A stretch of DNA of 64,000 bases from Tubulanus polymorphus (Eukaryota; Animalia; Nemertea). The notes beneath the pieces are model-generated. The model ran no database searches. It saw nothing but the letters and a program-made list of their open reading frames with translations, and was not told where the DNA came from. Below, piece by piece: positions 38,901-49,064 of the stretch. The stretch is taken from contig NC_134030.1 of assembly GCF_964204645.1 (NCBI RefSeq), positions 1,223,355 to 1,287,354 of the forward strand, read 5' to 3'. How positions within the stretch are numbered: position 1 is the first letter of the stretch; each line of letters starts with the position of its first letter. The position numbers and the translations under genes are program-made.

Positions 38901-41900
38901 GGTTAATGGGCGGCTTCATTGGACCTGAAAGATGTCAGGTTCCTATTCACCCGAAATCTCATCAATTTCACAGAATGAAGTGGAAACGCCGCCAGTTCCA
39001 GTTCAGGTCTCTTCCAGTCGGCCTCAGTACAGCCCACGCCCTGGGTATTTACCAGCTTGGGTCAAGTCCAGAAGGTACACTACACTCCAGGGCTGGGTTT
39101 CATAGATATGGAAGAAAAATAATTCCAGGGAACATTTTGAAATTTGTCAGTTATAACCATGGTTTCTCATTGTTAGTATGGTGGTTGAGGATTTATCCCT
39201 TTGGATAACTTTGATACTCAGTCTATGAAACCGGGTCCTGGAGTATTTGTCTGTTGGTTTACCTCGACGACTGGTTACTAGTACCAAACTCGACTATAGA
39301 ATGTCAGGAGGCGGTGACCGCTGTCGATCGCTGTCGTAGACTTAGTTCACCAGTTCCGCGTAAACTAAGTAAAATCTCACTTGATGCCGTCCCAACAGTT
39401 CACATCTCCGGATCAGCACGGTCTTTCCGTCCATGGCTCGAGTAGCCAAACTTCAAGAAGCGTAGTTACCACAAACGAGAGGACAGCTAGTTATCGGTGA
39501 CGCCTGTGGCTAAATGCAATACCGCACTGCCAGGGGTCGTATCTCTGGCTATCTACACATTCAGAGAATATTAACTAAAACCATAGGAAAGGGTCAAGCA
39601 CTACTCCGAAAAAAAACTAATTTTATTTCCAAAAAATTATGATATTATATGGATTGCATGCTGTGTGGAAGAAGTTTTCAAAATTATTTAGGAGCTTATT
39701 ATAATTTGAATGCATGAATTGAGAGCAATTTGAAATGTGTTGATATCCGAAAGTGTCTCCATTGACTTCACTCATTCACCTGATGAAGCTTCTATACATT
39801 AGTACCCAAAGCTTGTGTGTCAAATAAACTAGTTACACGTCCTATAAAGTACTACTTGTCTCGTTATATATTCTAAACCCCAGTTAACAATTCCAGTAAG
39901 TCAGGTTTAGGGAATAGATATTTAAACCTTGAGATGATACCGATGTGATACAATTCCAGTAAGTCAGGTTTAGGGAATAGATATTTAAACCTTGAGATGA
40001 AACCGATGTGATACAATTCCAGTAAGTCAGGTTTAGGGAATAGATATTTAAACCTTCAGATGATACCGATGTGATACAATTCCAGTAAGTCAGGTTTAGG
40101 GAATAGATATTTAAACCTTGAGATGATACCGATGTTATACAATTCCAGTAAGTCAGGTTTAGGGAATAGATATTTAAACCTTGAGATGAAACCGATGTGA
40201 TACAATTCCAGTAAGTCAGGTTTAGGGAATAGATATTTAAACCTTCAGATGATACCGATGTGATACAATTCCAGTAAGTCAGGTTTAGGGAATAGATATT
40301 TAAACCTTCAGATGATACCGATGTAATACAATTCCAGTAAGTCAGGTTTAGGGAATAGATATTTAAACCTTGAGATTAAACCGATGTTATACAATTCCAG
40401 TAAGTCAGGTTTAGGGAATAGATATTTAAACCTTGAGATTAAACCGATGTAATACAATTCCAGTAAGTCAGGTTTAGGGAATAGATATTTAAACCTTCAG
40501 ATGAAACCGATGTGATACAATTCCAGTAAGTCAGGTTTAGGGAATAGATATTTAAACCTTGAGATGAAACCGATGTGATACAATTCCAGTAAGTCAGGTT
40601 TAGGGAATAGATATTTAAACCTTCAGATGATACCGATGTGATACAATTCCAGTAAGTCAGGTTTAGGGAATAGATATTTAAACCTTCAGATGAAACCGAT
40701 GTGATACAATCCCAGTAAGTCAGGTTTAGGGAATAGATATTTAAACCTTCAGATGAAACCGATGTGATACAATCCCAGTAAGTCAGGTTTAGGGAATAGA
40801 TATTTAAACCTTCAGATGATACCGATGTAATACAATTCCAGTAAGTCAGGTTTAGGGAATAGATATTTAAACCTTGAGATGATACCGATGTGATACAATT
40901 CCAGTAAGTCAGGTTTAGGGAATAGATATTTAAACCTTCAGATGAAACCGATGTGATACAATCCCAGTAAGTCAGGTTTAGGGAATAGATATTTAAACCT
41001 TGAGATGAAACCGATGTGATACAATTCCAGTAAGTCAGGTTTAGGGAATAGATATTTAAACCTTGAGATGATACCGATGTTATACAATTCCAGTAAGTCA
41101 GGTTTAGGGAATAGATATTTAAACCTTCAGATGAAACCGATGTGATACAATTCCAGTACGTCAAGTTTAGGGAATAGATATTTAAACCTTCAGATGATAC
41201 CGATGTAATACAATTCCAGTAAGTCAGGTTTAGGGAATAGATATTTAAACCTTGAGATGATACCGATGTGATACAATTCCAGTAAGTCAGGTTTAGGGAA
41301 TAGATATTTAAACCTTGAGATGAAACCGATGTAATACAATTCGATTAAGTCAGGTTTAGGGAATAGATATTTAAACCTTGAGATGAAACCGATGTGATAC
41401 AATTCCAGTAAGTCAGGTTTAGGGAATAGATATTTAAACCTTGAGATGATACCGATGTGATACAATTCCAGTTAGTCAGGTTTAGGGAATAGATATTTAA
41501 ACCTTGAGATGATACCGATGTGATACAATTCCAGTAAGTCAGGTTTAGGGAATAGATATTTAAACCTTGAGATGAAACCGATGTGATACAATTCCAGTAA
41601 GTCAGGTTTAGGGAATAGATATTTAAACCTTCAGATGATACCGATGTAATACAATTCCAGTAAGTCAGGTTTAGGGAATAGATATTTAAACCTTGAGATG
41701 ATACCGATGTGATACAATTCCAGTAAGTCAGGTTTAGGGAATAGATATTTAAACCTTGAGATGATACCGATGTGATACAATTCCAGTAAGTCAAGTTTAG
41801 GGAATAGATATTTAAACCTTCAGATGATACCGATGTAATACAATTCCAGTAAGTCAGGTTTAGGGAATAGATATTTAAACCTTGAGATGATACCGATGTG

Positions 41901-44900
41901 ATACAATTCCAGTAAGTCAGGTTTAGGGAATAGATATTTAAACCTTGAGATGATACCGATGTGATACAATTCCAGTAAGTCAGGTTTAGGGAATAGATAT
42001 TTAAACCTTGAGATGAAACCGATGTGATACAATTCCAGTAAGTCAGGTTTAGGGAATAGATATTTAAACCTTCAGATGATACCGATGTAATACAATTCCA
42101 GTAAGTCAGGTTTAGGGAATAGATATTTAAACCTTCAGATGATACCGATGTGATACAATTCCAGTAAGTCAGGTTTAGGGAATAGATATTTAAACCTTCA
42201 GATGAAACCGATGTGATACAATTCCAGTAAGTCAGGTTTAGGGAATAGATATTTAAACCTTCAGATGATACCGATGTAATACAATTCCAGTAAGTCAGGT
42301 TTAGGGAATAGATATTTAAACCTTCAGATGAAACCGATGTAATACAATTCCAGTAAGTCAGGTTTAGGGAATAGATATTTAAACCTTCAGATGAAACCGA
42401 TGTGATACAATTCCAGTAAGTCAGGTTTAGGGAATAGATATTTAAACCTTCAGATGAAACCGATGTGATACAATCCCAGTAAGTCAGGTTTAGGGAATAG
42501 ATATTTAAACCTTCAGATGATACCGATGTGATACAATTCCAGTAAGTCAGGTTTAGGGAATAGATATTTAAACCTTCAGATGAAACCGATGTGATACAAT
42601 CCCAGTAAGTCAGGTTTAGGGAATAGATATTTAAACCTTCAGATGATACCGATGTGATACAATTCCAGTAAGTCAGGTTTAGGGAATAGATATTTAAACC
42701 TTCAGATGATACCGATGTGATACAATTCCAGTAAGTCAGGTTTAGGGAATAGATATTTAAACCTTCAGATGAAACCGATGTGATACAATTCCAGTAAGTC
42801 AGGTTTAGGGAATAGATATTTAAACCTTGAGATGATACCGATGTAATACAATTCCAGTAAGTCAGGTTTAGGGAATAGATATTTAAACCTTGAGATGATA
42901 CCGATGTTATACAATTCCAGTAAGTCAGGTTTAGGGAATAGATATTTAAACCTTGAGATTAAACCGATGTAATACAATTCCAGTAAGTCAGGTTTAGGGA
43001 ATAGATATTTAAACCTTCAGATGAAACCGATGTGATACAATTCCAGTAAGTCAGGTTTAGGGAATAGATATTTAAACCTTGAGATTAAACCGATGTAATA
43101 CAATTCCAGTAAGTCAGGTTTAGGGAATAGATATTTAAACCTTCAGATGATACCGATGTCATACAATTCCAGTAAGTCAGGTTTAGGGAATAGATATTTA
43201 AACCTTGAGATGAAACCGATGTGATACAATTCCAGTAAGTCAGGTTTAGGGAATAGATATTTAAACCTTCAGATGAAACCGATGTGATACAATTCCAGTA
43301 AGTCAGGTTTAGGGAATAGATATTTAAACCTTCAGATGATACCGATGTGATACAATTCCAGTAAGTCAGGTTTAGGGAATAGATATTTAAACCTTCAGAT
43401 GAAACCGATGTGATACAATTCCAGTAAGTCAGGTTTAGGGAATAGATATTTAAACCTTGAGATGAAACCGATGTTATACAATTCCAGTAAGTCAGGTTTA
43501 GGGAATAGATATTTAAACCTTGAGATGAAACCGATGTGATACAATTCCAGTAAGTCAGGTTTAGGGAATAGATATTTAAACCTTCAGATGATACCGATGT
43601 AATACAATTCCGGTAAGTCAGGTTTGATATTTAAACCTTGAGATGATACCGATGAATTTAGCAATTTTGAATGAATTAAACCAATATGAGATTTCGATCC
43701 TAAGAATATTGGAAGCTTGTGTTTAACGTTACTAAATATTAATATTATATAAAGCTAGAAGGACACGAGCGTATCCATTTTTCGCCCGATCGCGACGATT
43801 AAATTCGCCGGTGAATTTATACGCCCGATACGAGCGGGTACCGATCTATCTATAAATCGGCCATCACGGTGATTTCGTCGCCCGCCGACATTAAACATGT
43901 TCGATATTTACGCCGGTGTTCGGGTCACTTGTTAATTCGCTCGGCTTGTCGGCAAGCTTAAAAAGATTTAGAAAAAACTAGAAATTCTCATTCCTGAATG
44001 AACTGGATTCATCTGGGTTCAGTTTCATGAGACACAGTTCAAACTGCTCTTGAATTTGAGTTTGTAATTAATGTATGTGATTATAATGAATTGTATTTTT
44101 GTTTTACAGCTTTGGCATTTCGGTTAAGTCGTGCGTTCCGGCGGGAGGAGTTCGTCAGAATATTTCTACCGGAGTGTAAGTAGTTTAACTATTTTCATAC
44201 AATATCATTTAGTGTGACGTGTGTTACTGATTCAGGCACGGATCCAGGAATGTTTCCAAGACGGGGTTCATAAAAATGCTGACTAAAATCTCTAATAATA
44301 GCCGGGGCCTATACGGCATATTTTTTGGCCAAACATAAGGCCTTTTTTTAATAGCATGGTTTGGTTGCTCCCAAAATTTGAAGAAACATAAAATAAAAAA
44401 GAATTAGAAAAAAATTTTTTTATTCCTGTCTGTGAAACAAATTCAGTGAAAAACCGAGCAAAAAAGATTTTTCACCTCGGCCGAATGAGAATCCTGGATT
44501 GAACGATGAAACAATTGAAAAACGCGAAGTTCTTTTTTGATCGCAGTGTGCAGAATTCAAACTTTCCAAGAATCATTTGTTCGGACATATGTATATTGCC
44601 CTATTGACAGTTCCCTCTTCCTTCTAAAAGTGATTTTATCTCACTGAGGGAATTTTTAAAAAATTTTCTCTGAAATGATATGGTAGCGTTTTTTTTTTTG
44701 CTTTAAAAATTTTTTGGTAGCCGATCAGCGGGGTCACGACCCCTGAAACCCTCCCTGGATCCGCGCCTATGATATCTCCTCAAAATCTAATAAAAACTTT
44801 CAATGAATTAATGCTGTAATGACGATATGTAGCCATCTGTCTATTTGAATGCATTTGCAAAAAGACAAAAAGAAATAGTAGCAGAATTTTGGCTAAAAGT

Positions 44901-47714
44901 TTAGAATACCCAAATTCAACATTGCTTGCAGCAGACGGTATTTCCGCCATTTTGGTTAACAGGGGATTCCCCCCTCCGGTACTTCCCATGATCAATAGTG
45001 TCTATGACGCGTTGCGTACGGAATGCCATGGAATTCCCTCACATGATTTATGATAATAATGTTTACTTGCATTCTGATTGGTTAAAATCGCGTGTAGTTT
45101 GAACGTAGGCAATGTTTACATTTGTAACGTCACCGGCGAGTCGCTGACATTAACGTAGTCATTGAGTTAACATTATCTTGCACTGAATGGTGATATCAAT
45201 CGCATTCATTTTATAAATATTTTGAATATGAATTTGTTTTTATATATCAACTGCGAGTAACAGTGTTACGCTATTGAGTCTTAAGAGACAGCCTTTATGG
45301 ACCTTATTGGTTGTTATAACTCACAAGCTGACTGAGTTAGCATTCTGGATCCGTCAGATTAGTTACTTCTAGAAAATATGTTAGTCACATTTTCTGACTA
45401 TATTCTGGAAAACAGTGGAAGCTTGTATCCACCCTAGATTAGAACCAATCAGAATAGAACCAATCAGAATACACTATTTTACAGAAAATGTATTTATGAC
45501 AATTGCGTAAGGTTTTAGTAAAATAGTGTTTTTTCTCGAGTAGTTGCCGAAGAAGCATAAAAATTTGATTCAATTTCATTCAGATTTAAACAAACAAATC
45601 GAATTTCATTTCATTCAGCGCAAACTTCAAATCTAATTAAAATTTTGTTCAGTATGAATAAGTTGCAAATCATTGAGAGGAAAAAATAATTAATTGTGTT
45701 ACTTAAAAAAATCACAATTGTACTGTGTTTATCAAAACAGGAGACCACAGGACCTTTGGTCCTCTAGTATTCTTTTCCTAGTTATTCCAAAAACACTAAA
45801 ACAGTCCAATCAGCGATCGCTGCCAGACCAACACGATTACATTGAAATCAAACTTAAGTAACATCAGGCGCCCCCTGTTGGAATAATATTCATAGCCGTA
45901 GCATCGAAACCATTCGACTTGTTGTTTAATGTATTTCTCTCTATTTTTATTTTACAGTGATGAACATTTTAGAAGAATGTCCGTTTGGGGACTTGGTGGG
46001 GGAATTCAAAAGAAACTTGGTTCCCGATAGGATACCACCACCGGTTAATCCTATGTCGCCCGCTGCTGCCCCTCCCCCACGTCCATTAAATTCGCCTCAG
46101 CAGCGGCCTGTCAGACAGCCGCCCCCGGCCGCCACTCGTTCGTCAGACAGAGTCCGGGGACGGCTGTTTGAAGGAGATCTGACGGAGGTAAGAATCTTTA
46201 TTTGTTTTCATATTTTATTCAGGATATCAGTTGAAGTTCAGCAAATAAATTACCAGACCTGTAAACAGAAGAGTAGTCATAAATTTCCATTTGCGGGTAA
46301 AACCCCATAGTCGAAAACCTTCGGTTATTGATCTATATCTGCTTAAGACCAATGGTTGTACACACGAGTGCGAAAACTTATCGCTCAAACTTTGATTGTA
46401 TCCATGGTAACGCGTACAGTATACTATGCGTGACTTACCGTTTCCTATCACTGGAATACAATACTGTTTTTGACCATGAGCGCCATCTGCGGCGGTCATA
46501 ACGGACTGACTGGTGATTGGCTGAAATGCTCGTCTACCGTGGTGACGATTATTCGGTGTTACACGTGCAGCAGACACGTCTCTGAATATCTAACATTTGA
46601 TTGTTGTAACTCATCGGGAAAAATATGTTTATGAGTCGATTTTTTGTCGAAATTTTGTTCGGCAGAAAATTGGCTGCGTACGTCAAGAAGGCGGCTGATA
46701 TTTGTATCGTGTGACCCCTCGTCCCGGTAATATGCCGACCCACGTACACCTGAGACCAGTTGCATAGTCAGAGCTTAGAATTAAGACCGTTTTAAGACCA
46801 ACTTAGTTCTATAGCCAATCTAATAACTTAAGACCAGTCTTTAGATTTAAGACCACTTTTGGACTTAAGTCTTGACCATGGAATCGGCCCCAGATGCTTA
46901 TTCCGCTGTATTGGATGCTGACGTGCTCGTGTCTTCCAGCAATGTTGTTATTCACCAAAAATATCATGTTTTGTTCGAATAACACAATTCATCTGAGTCT
47001 GGGTTTAACGGATGACACGTTCAAACAGAACTACGAAATCAATATCAGAAGTCCTTTTATATTGAAACGGTCCCAGAAGTCCCTGTTATAATGGGTACTT
47101 TTTCAAAAAAAGTAACGAGAACTCCGATGGCTTTCCGTATCGGTAAAAACTAACTATTTCTATGAGCGTCACTCGTAGATTTACCGAAACGCCACCTTGT
47201 GACACGATATCCTAACTACGTATAGGTGTTTTATTTGCTGAATCGCTGGTTTCTCATTCTCATTTTTTATACTTGTGTTTAATTTTATACTAAACAAATT
47301 TTTCACTTTTTCTCTTTACAGACACGACCACCGCCAAAAAAAACAAGAACAAAAAGGAAAAGAAAAGTTGCGGTCGTCGTGGCTCCGCAGGGAGGAGGAG
47401 CAAGAGTGGTCCCGGCGGATGGTGCGGCTGACGAAGGTAATCGGGAGGAAGGGGAGGGGATAAATAGGAAGCGGCCGAGGAGGGATGGTGGTGGGGCTGG
47501 GGATGGTGCGGGTCCTGCTCCTCCTGCTCCTCCATCCGTATCTCGGGCGGTCACTCGTTCACTCGCCAAAAAGCTGGCGAGTGAACGAGTGGCCCGAGAG
47601 GTAGAGGTGGTGGCCCGACATACGGATGGAATGTGGGAGGAGCGGCTTCGTTCGGGGACAATTCCGGATTTGTTAACCGATTTGAAAAATATTCTTTCAG
47701 TGAAGGGATATTAG
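28668..47714 (+). CDS. Orphan gene, 9 coding exons, ~344 aa: join(28668-28730,29893-29982,30392-30436,30813-30839,32704-32742,32953-33034,44110-44175,45958-46187,47322-47714)
   Basis: All introns GT-AG with pyrimidine tracts; intron phases 0,0,0,0,0,1,1,0 give one 1035-nt ORF: MPKALKKTRGAGPSHSSPYNK|GTA(Q)17KFNISMSGID|FLPTTPPSGVPPSTP|DLSPIQHMD|HQFASEARSPSLN|LSNNSSSSNSSSSAPLPPETPPDLQAR|TLAFRLSRAFRREEFVRIFLPE|LMNILEECPFGDLVGEFKRNLVPDRIPPP...VRGRLFEGDLTE|TRPPPKKTRTKRKRK...NILSVKGY*; paralogous exons show synonymous and conservative changes. Confidence 0.78.
28796..28902. mobile_element. MITE, PIF/Harbinger-like
   Basis: TIRs ggtccagtttcacaaa / tttgtgaaactaggcc with 3-bp ctg duplication on both sides. 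Confidence 0.75.
29153..29751. promoter_or_regulatory. Intronic cluster of RFX X-box-like and CRE motifs
   Basis: gtcgctatggaaac 29153, gtatccatggcaac 29189, gttcccatggcgat 29242, gttgctatggaaac 29691, gtaaccagtggcaac 29737; tgacgtaa 29289, tgacgtca 29313. Confidence 0.45.
31636..31948. mobile_element. MITE-like element with CTCF-like motifs in its subterminal inverted repeats
   Basis: Perfect 14-bp TIR atgggatacccgca / tgcgggtatcccat; inner inverted pair tccaccagatggcgc / gcgacacctggtgga. Confidence 0.65.
33895..36870. repeat. GC-rich ~40-60-bp minisatellite (ccggtccggtccaggcatcaccgggtactgaacat...) inside the DIRS gag region, split by a DNA transposon
   Basis: Arrays at 33895-35350 and 36559-36870. 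Confidence 0.95.
35351..36558 (+). mobile_element. Internally deleted hAT-type DNA transposon with 5-bp TSD (hAT5-like)
   Basis: TIR cagggttc / gaaccctg; TSD ctgaa at 35346-35350 and 36559-36563; subterminal gcttgaaa repeats; zinc-finger-like fragment MALKSHTRSESH at ~35722. Confidence 0.8.
37022..37255. repeat. 35-bp tandem repeat, ~6.7 copies
   Basis: gtcgagggaccgtttaggaagttcacgtctttcac. Confidence 0.95.
37310..38130. mobile_element. Insertion with internal ~162-bp tandem repeats, possibly a non-autonomous Helitron/Helentron-type element
   Basis: Three-plus units containing caagatggccgcc...gccattttg (37441, 37603, 37764); short inverted motif gctacc...ggtaagc at the 5' end; family assignment inferred from architecture only. 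Confidence 0.4.
39887..43654. repeat. 63-bp satellite, ~60 copies
   Basis: caattccagtaagtcaggtttagggaatagatatttaaacctt(g/c)agatga(t/a)accgatgt(g/a/t)ata. Confidence 0.99.
44233..44770. mobile_element. MITE, Harbinger-like, absent from the paralogous intron
   Basis: TIR aggcacggatccagg / cctggatccgcgcct; the empty site is visible at ~9410-9450 on the - strand. Confidence 0.8.
46750..46893. mobile_element. Short palindromic MITE
   Basis: Imperfect TIRs ctgagaccagttgcatagtc / gaccatggaatcggccccag; internal ttaagacc repeats. Confidence 0.7.
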
Positions 47715-48317
47715 GTGCCTTGAACGCATGAGTCGTTCATGCGCGCCTAATATGCCTTCACTGAAAAAAAATCAACTATAACATGTACCACATATTTTTT
47801 GATTTAATTTTAGTCCAATTCCACAATTATTTCGGCTTACAATAGTGTCAATTCAATTCTTTAAAGCCCAAAGCACCTTTTTGACTCAACATCCAGTATG
47901 AAGGTGGCCGGGAATCGGGCCTGTTTTCTTCCATTTTTGTATCCCGCCCAGCATACTGGTTGTTGACTCGAAAAGGTGCTCGCTCTGGGAGCTTATCAAA
48001 GGCAGGTGATGGGAAAGGTGCCATCACACACTCTCCTTTGATAAGTTTCCTAGAGTGTCACGGGCTTTAACGGGTTGAATTCACTATAATACCAATTTTC
48101 CAAAATCAATTTAATTTCTTTCAGGCCATTCTTTTTCCATGTTTTTCTGGTACATGTTATGGTTGATTTCCATTTTCGAAAATCCGGAATTGAAGCCGTT
48201 CGAAGTCGGGGGGATGGTGGTGGGGTTGGGTTAGTTTAGGGTTCCTCTCTGATTACCTTCTTTAGCTCATCATCCGTGCAGGTGGCGCTTGCTCTTCTAG
48301 CCGGTGTTCCCTGGGGT
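47382..48317 (+). other. ~930-nt nested fold-back RNA structure spanning the last exon (CDS + 3' UTR)
   Basis: At least 11 properly nested complementary segment pairs with G-U wobble on the + strand (see findings); closes just before AATAAA at 48344. Confidence 0.8.
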
Positions 48318-48329
48318 AAACATTTTAAA

Positions 48330-48825
48330 TTTAAAAAATCAAAAATAAAAAAAAAATTATAAAATCTTTAAAAATCTCATCTCATTTCATCCAATTTATT
48401 TATTTGCGGGTGCGATGCCTATCGCACCCATTCATGTCATCCATCAAAAAAAAAATTAAAACTAAAAACGAAAAAAAATATAAAAATTTAAAAAATCTCA
48501 TCTCATTTCATCCAATTTATTTGCGGGTGCGATTCCTATCGCACCCATTCATGTCATTCATCCAAAAAAAATAAAAAACGAAAAACGAAAAAAAAATATA
48601 AAAATTAAAAAAATCTCATCTCATTTCATCCAATTTATTTATTTGCGGGTGCGATTCCTATCGCACCCATTCATGTCATTCATCCAAAAAAAAATAAAAA
48701 ACTAAAAACAAAAAAAAAATATTAAAATTAAAAAATCTCATCTCATTTCATCCAATTTATTTATTTGCGGGTGCGATTCCTATCGCACCCATTCATGTCA
48801 TTCATCCAAAAAAAATTTAAAAACT
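48330..48825. repeat. ~122-bp tandem repeat x4, each with a perfect 9-bp GC-rich hairpin
   Basis: gggtgcgat-(t/g)cct-atcgcaccc at 48408, 48525, 48647 and 48769, between A-tracts. Confidence 0.92.
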
Positions 48826-49064
48826 AGAAATTAAAGTTCTAAGTTTGTTGTTAGATTCTATTCAAAGAACGTTGTAAAGTTCTTAATTTGTCGTAAAAAA
48901 CGTTAGAAAAAAAGAACTTCTTAAAGTTCTCAATCTGCCGTAAAATGCAATTGAAAAGATTATAACTCACATGAAAATTAAAAAGATAAAATAATTTATA
49001 AATAATCATTAATAAAAATTGAACTTTGGTCTCGCAATGTTTCCCCGTTATGCATTTTTTACTC

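Larger units (their letters stand above)
33135..39612 (+). mobile_element. Degenerate DIRS1-like tyrosine-recombinase retrotransposon (ITRs, gag and RT remnants)
   Basis: Inverted terminal repeats 33144-33241 / 39507-39606 (gaccctttcctatg; gtattgcatttagcca); Cys-rich gag-like start at 33501 (EGCGHLFGP..LCSSC..STCGLWSEDLW); RT fragments AKRAIEPV, WAASLDLKD, QVPIHPKSHQF..FQFRSLPVGLSTA and VYLDDWLLV at ~38700-39330; no recombinase seen. Confidence 0.85.

Noticed and set aside
40439-42977. Long ORFs in the 63-bp satellite (LTYWNCITSVSS repeats)
   Set aside because: Artefact of a stop-free unit divisible by 3; no real start or splice context
44110-46020. Resemblance of SRAFRREEFVRIFLPEL to the C-terminal helix of YqaJ-like exonucleases
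   Set aside because: No upstream catalytic motifs; too short to support without a profile search
47570-47730. Alternative frame KAGE..GPRGRGGGP..GGAASFGDNSGF as the true C-terminus
   Set aside because: It has a TGA after KAGE in three of four copies and stops after GPAY in the fourth, whereas the LASERVAREVEVV frame is open in the intact and 57348 copies
47322-48317. Endogenised deltavirus-, viroid- or obelisk-like RNA
   Set aside because: The fold is branched rather than rod-like, no ribozyme was found, similarity to delta antigen is only compositional, and the segment is a normal terminal exon
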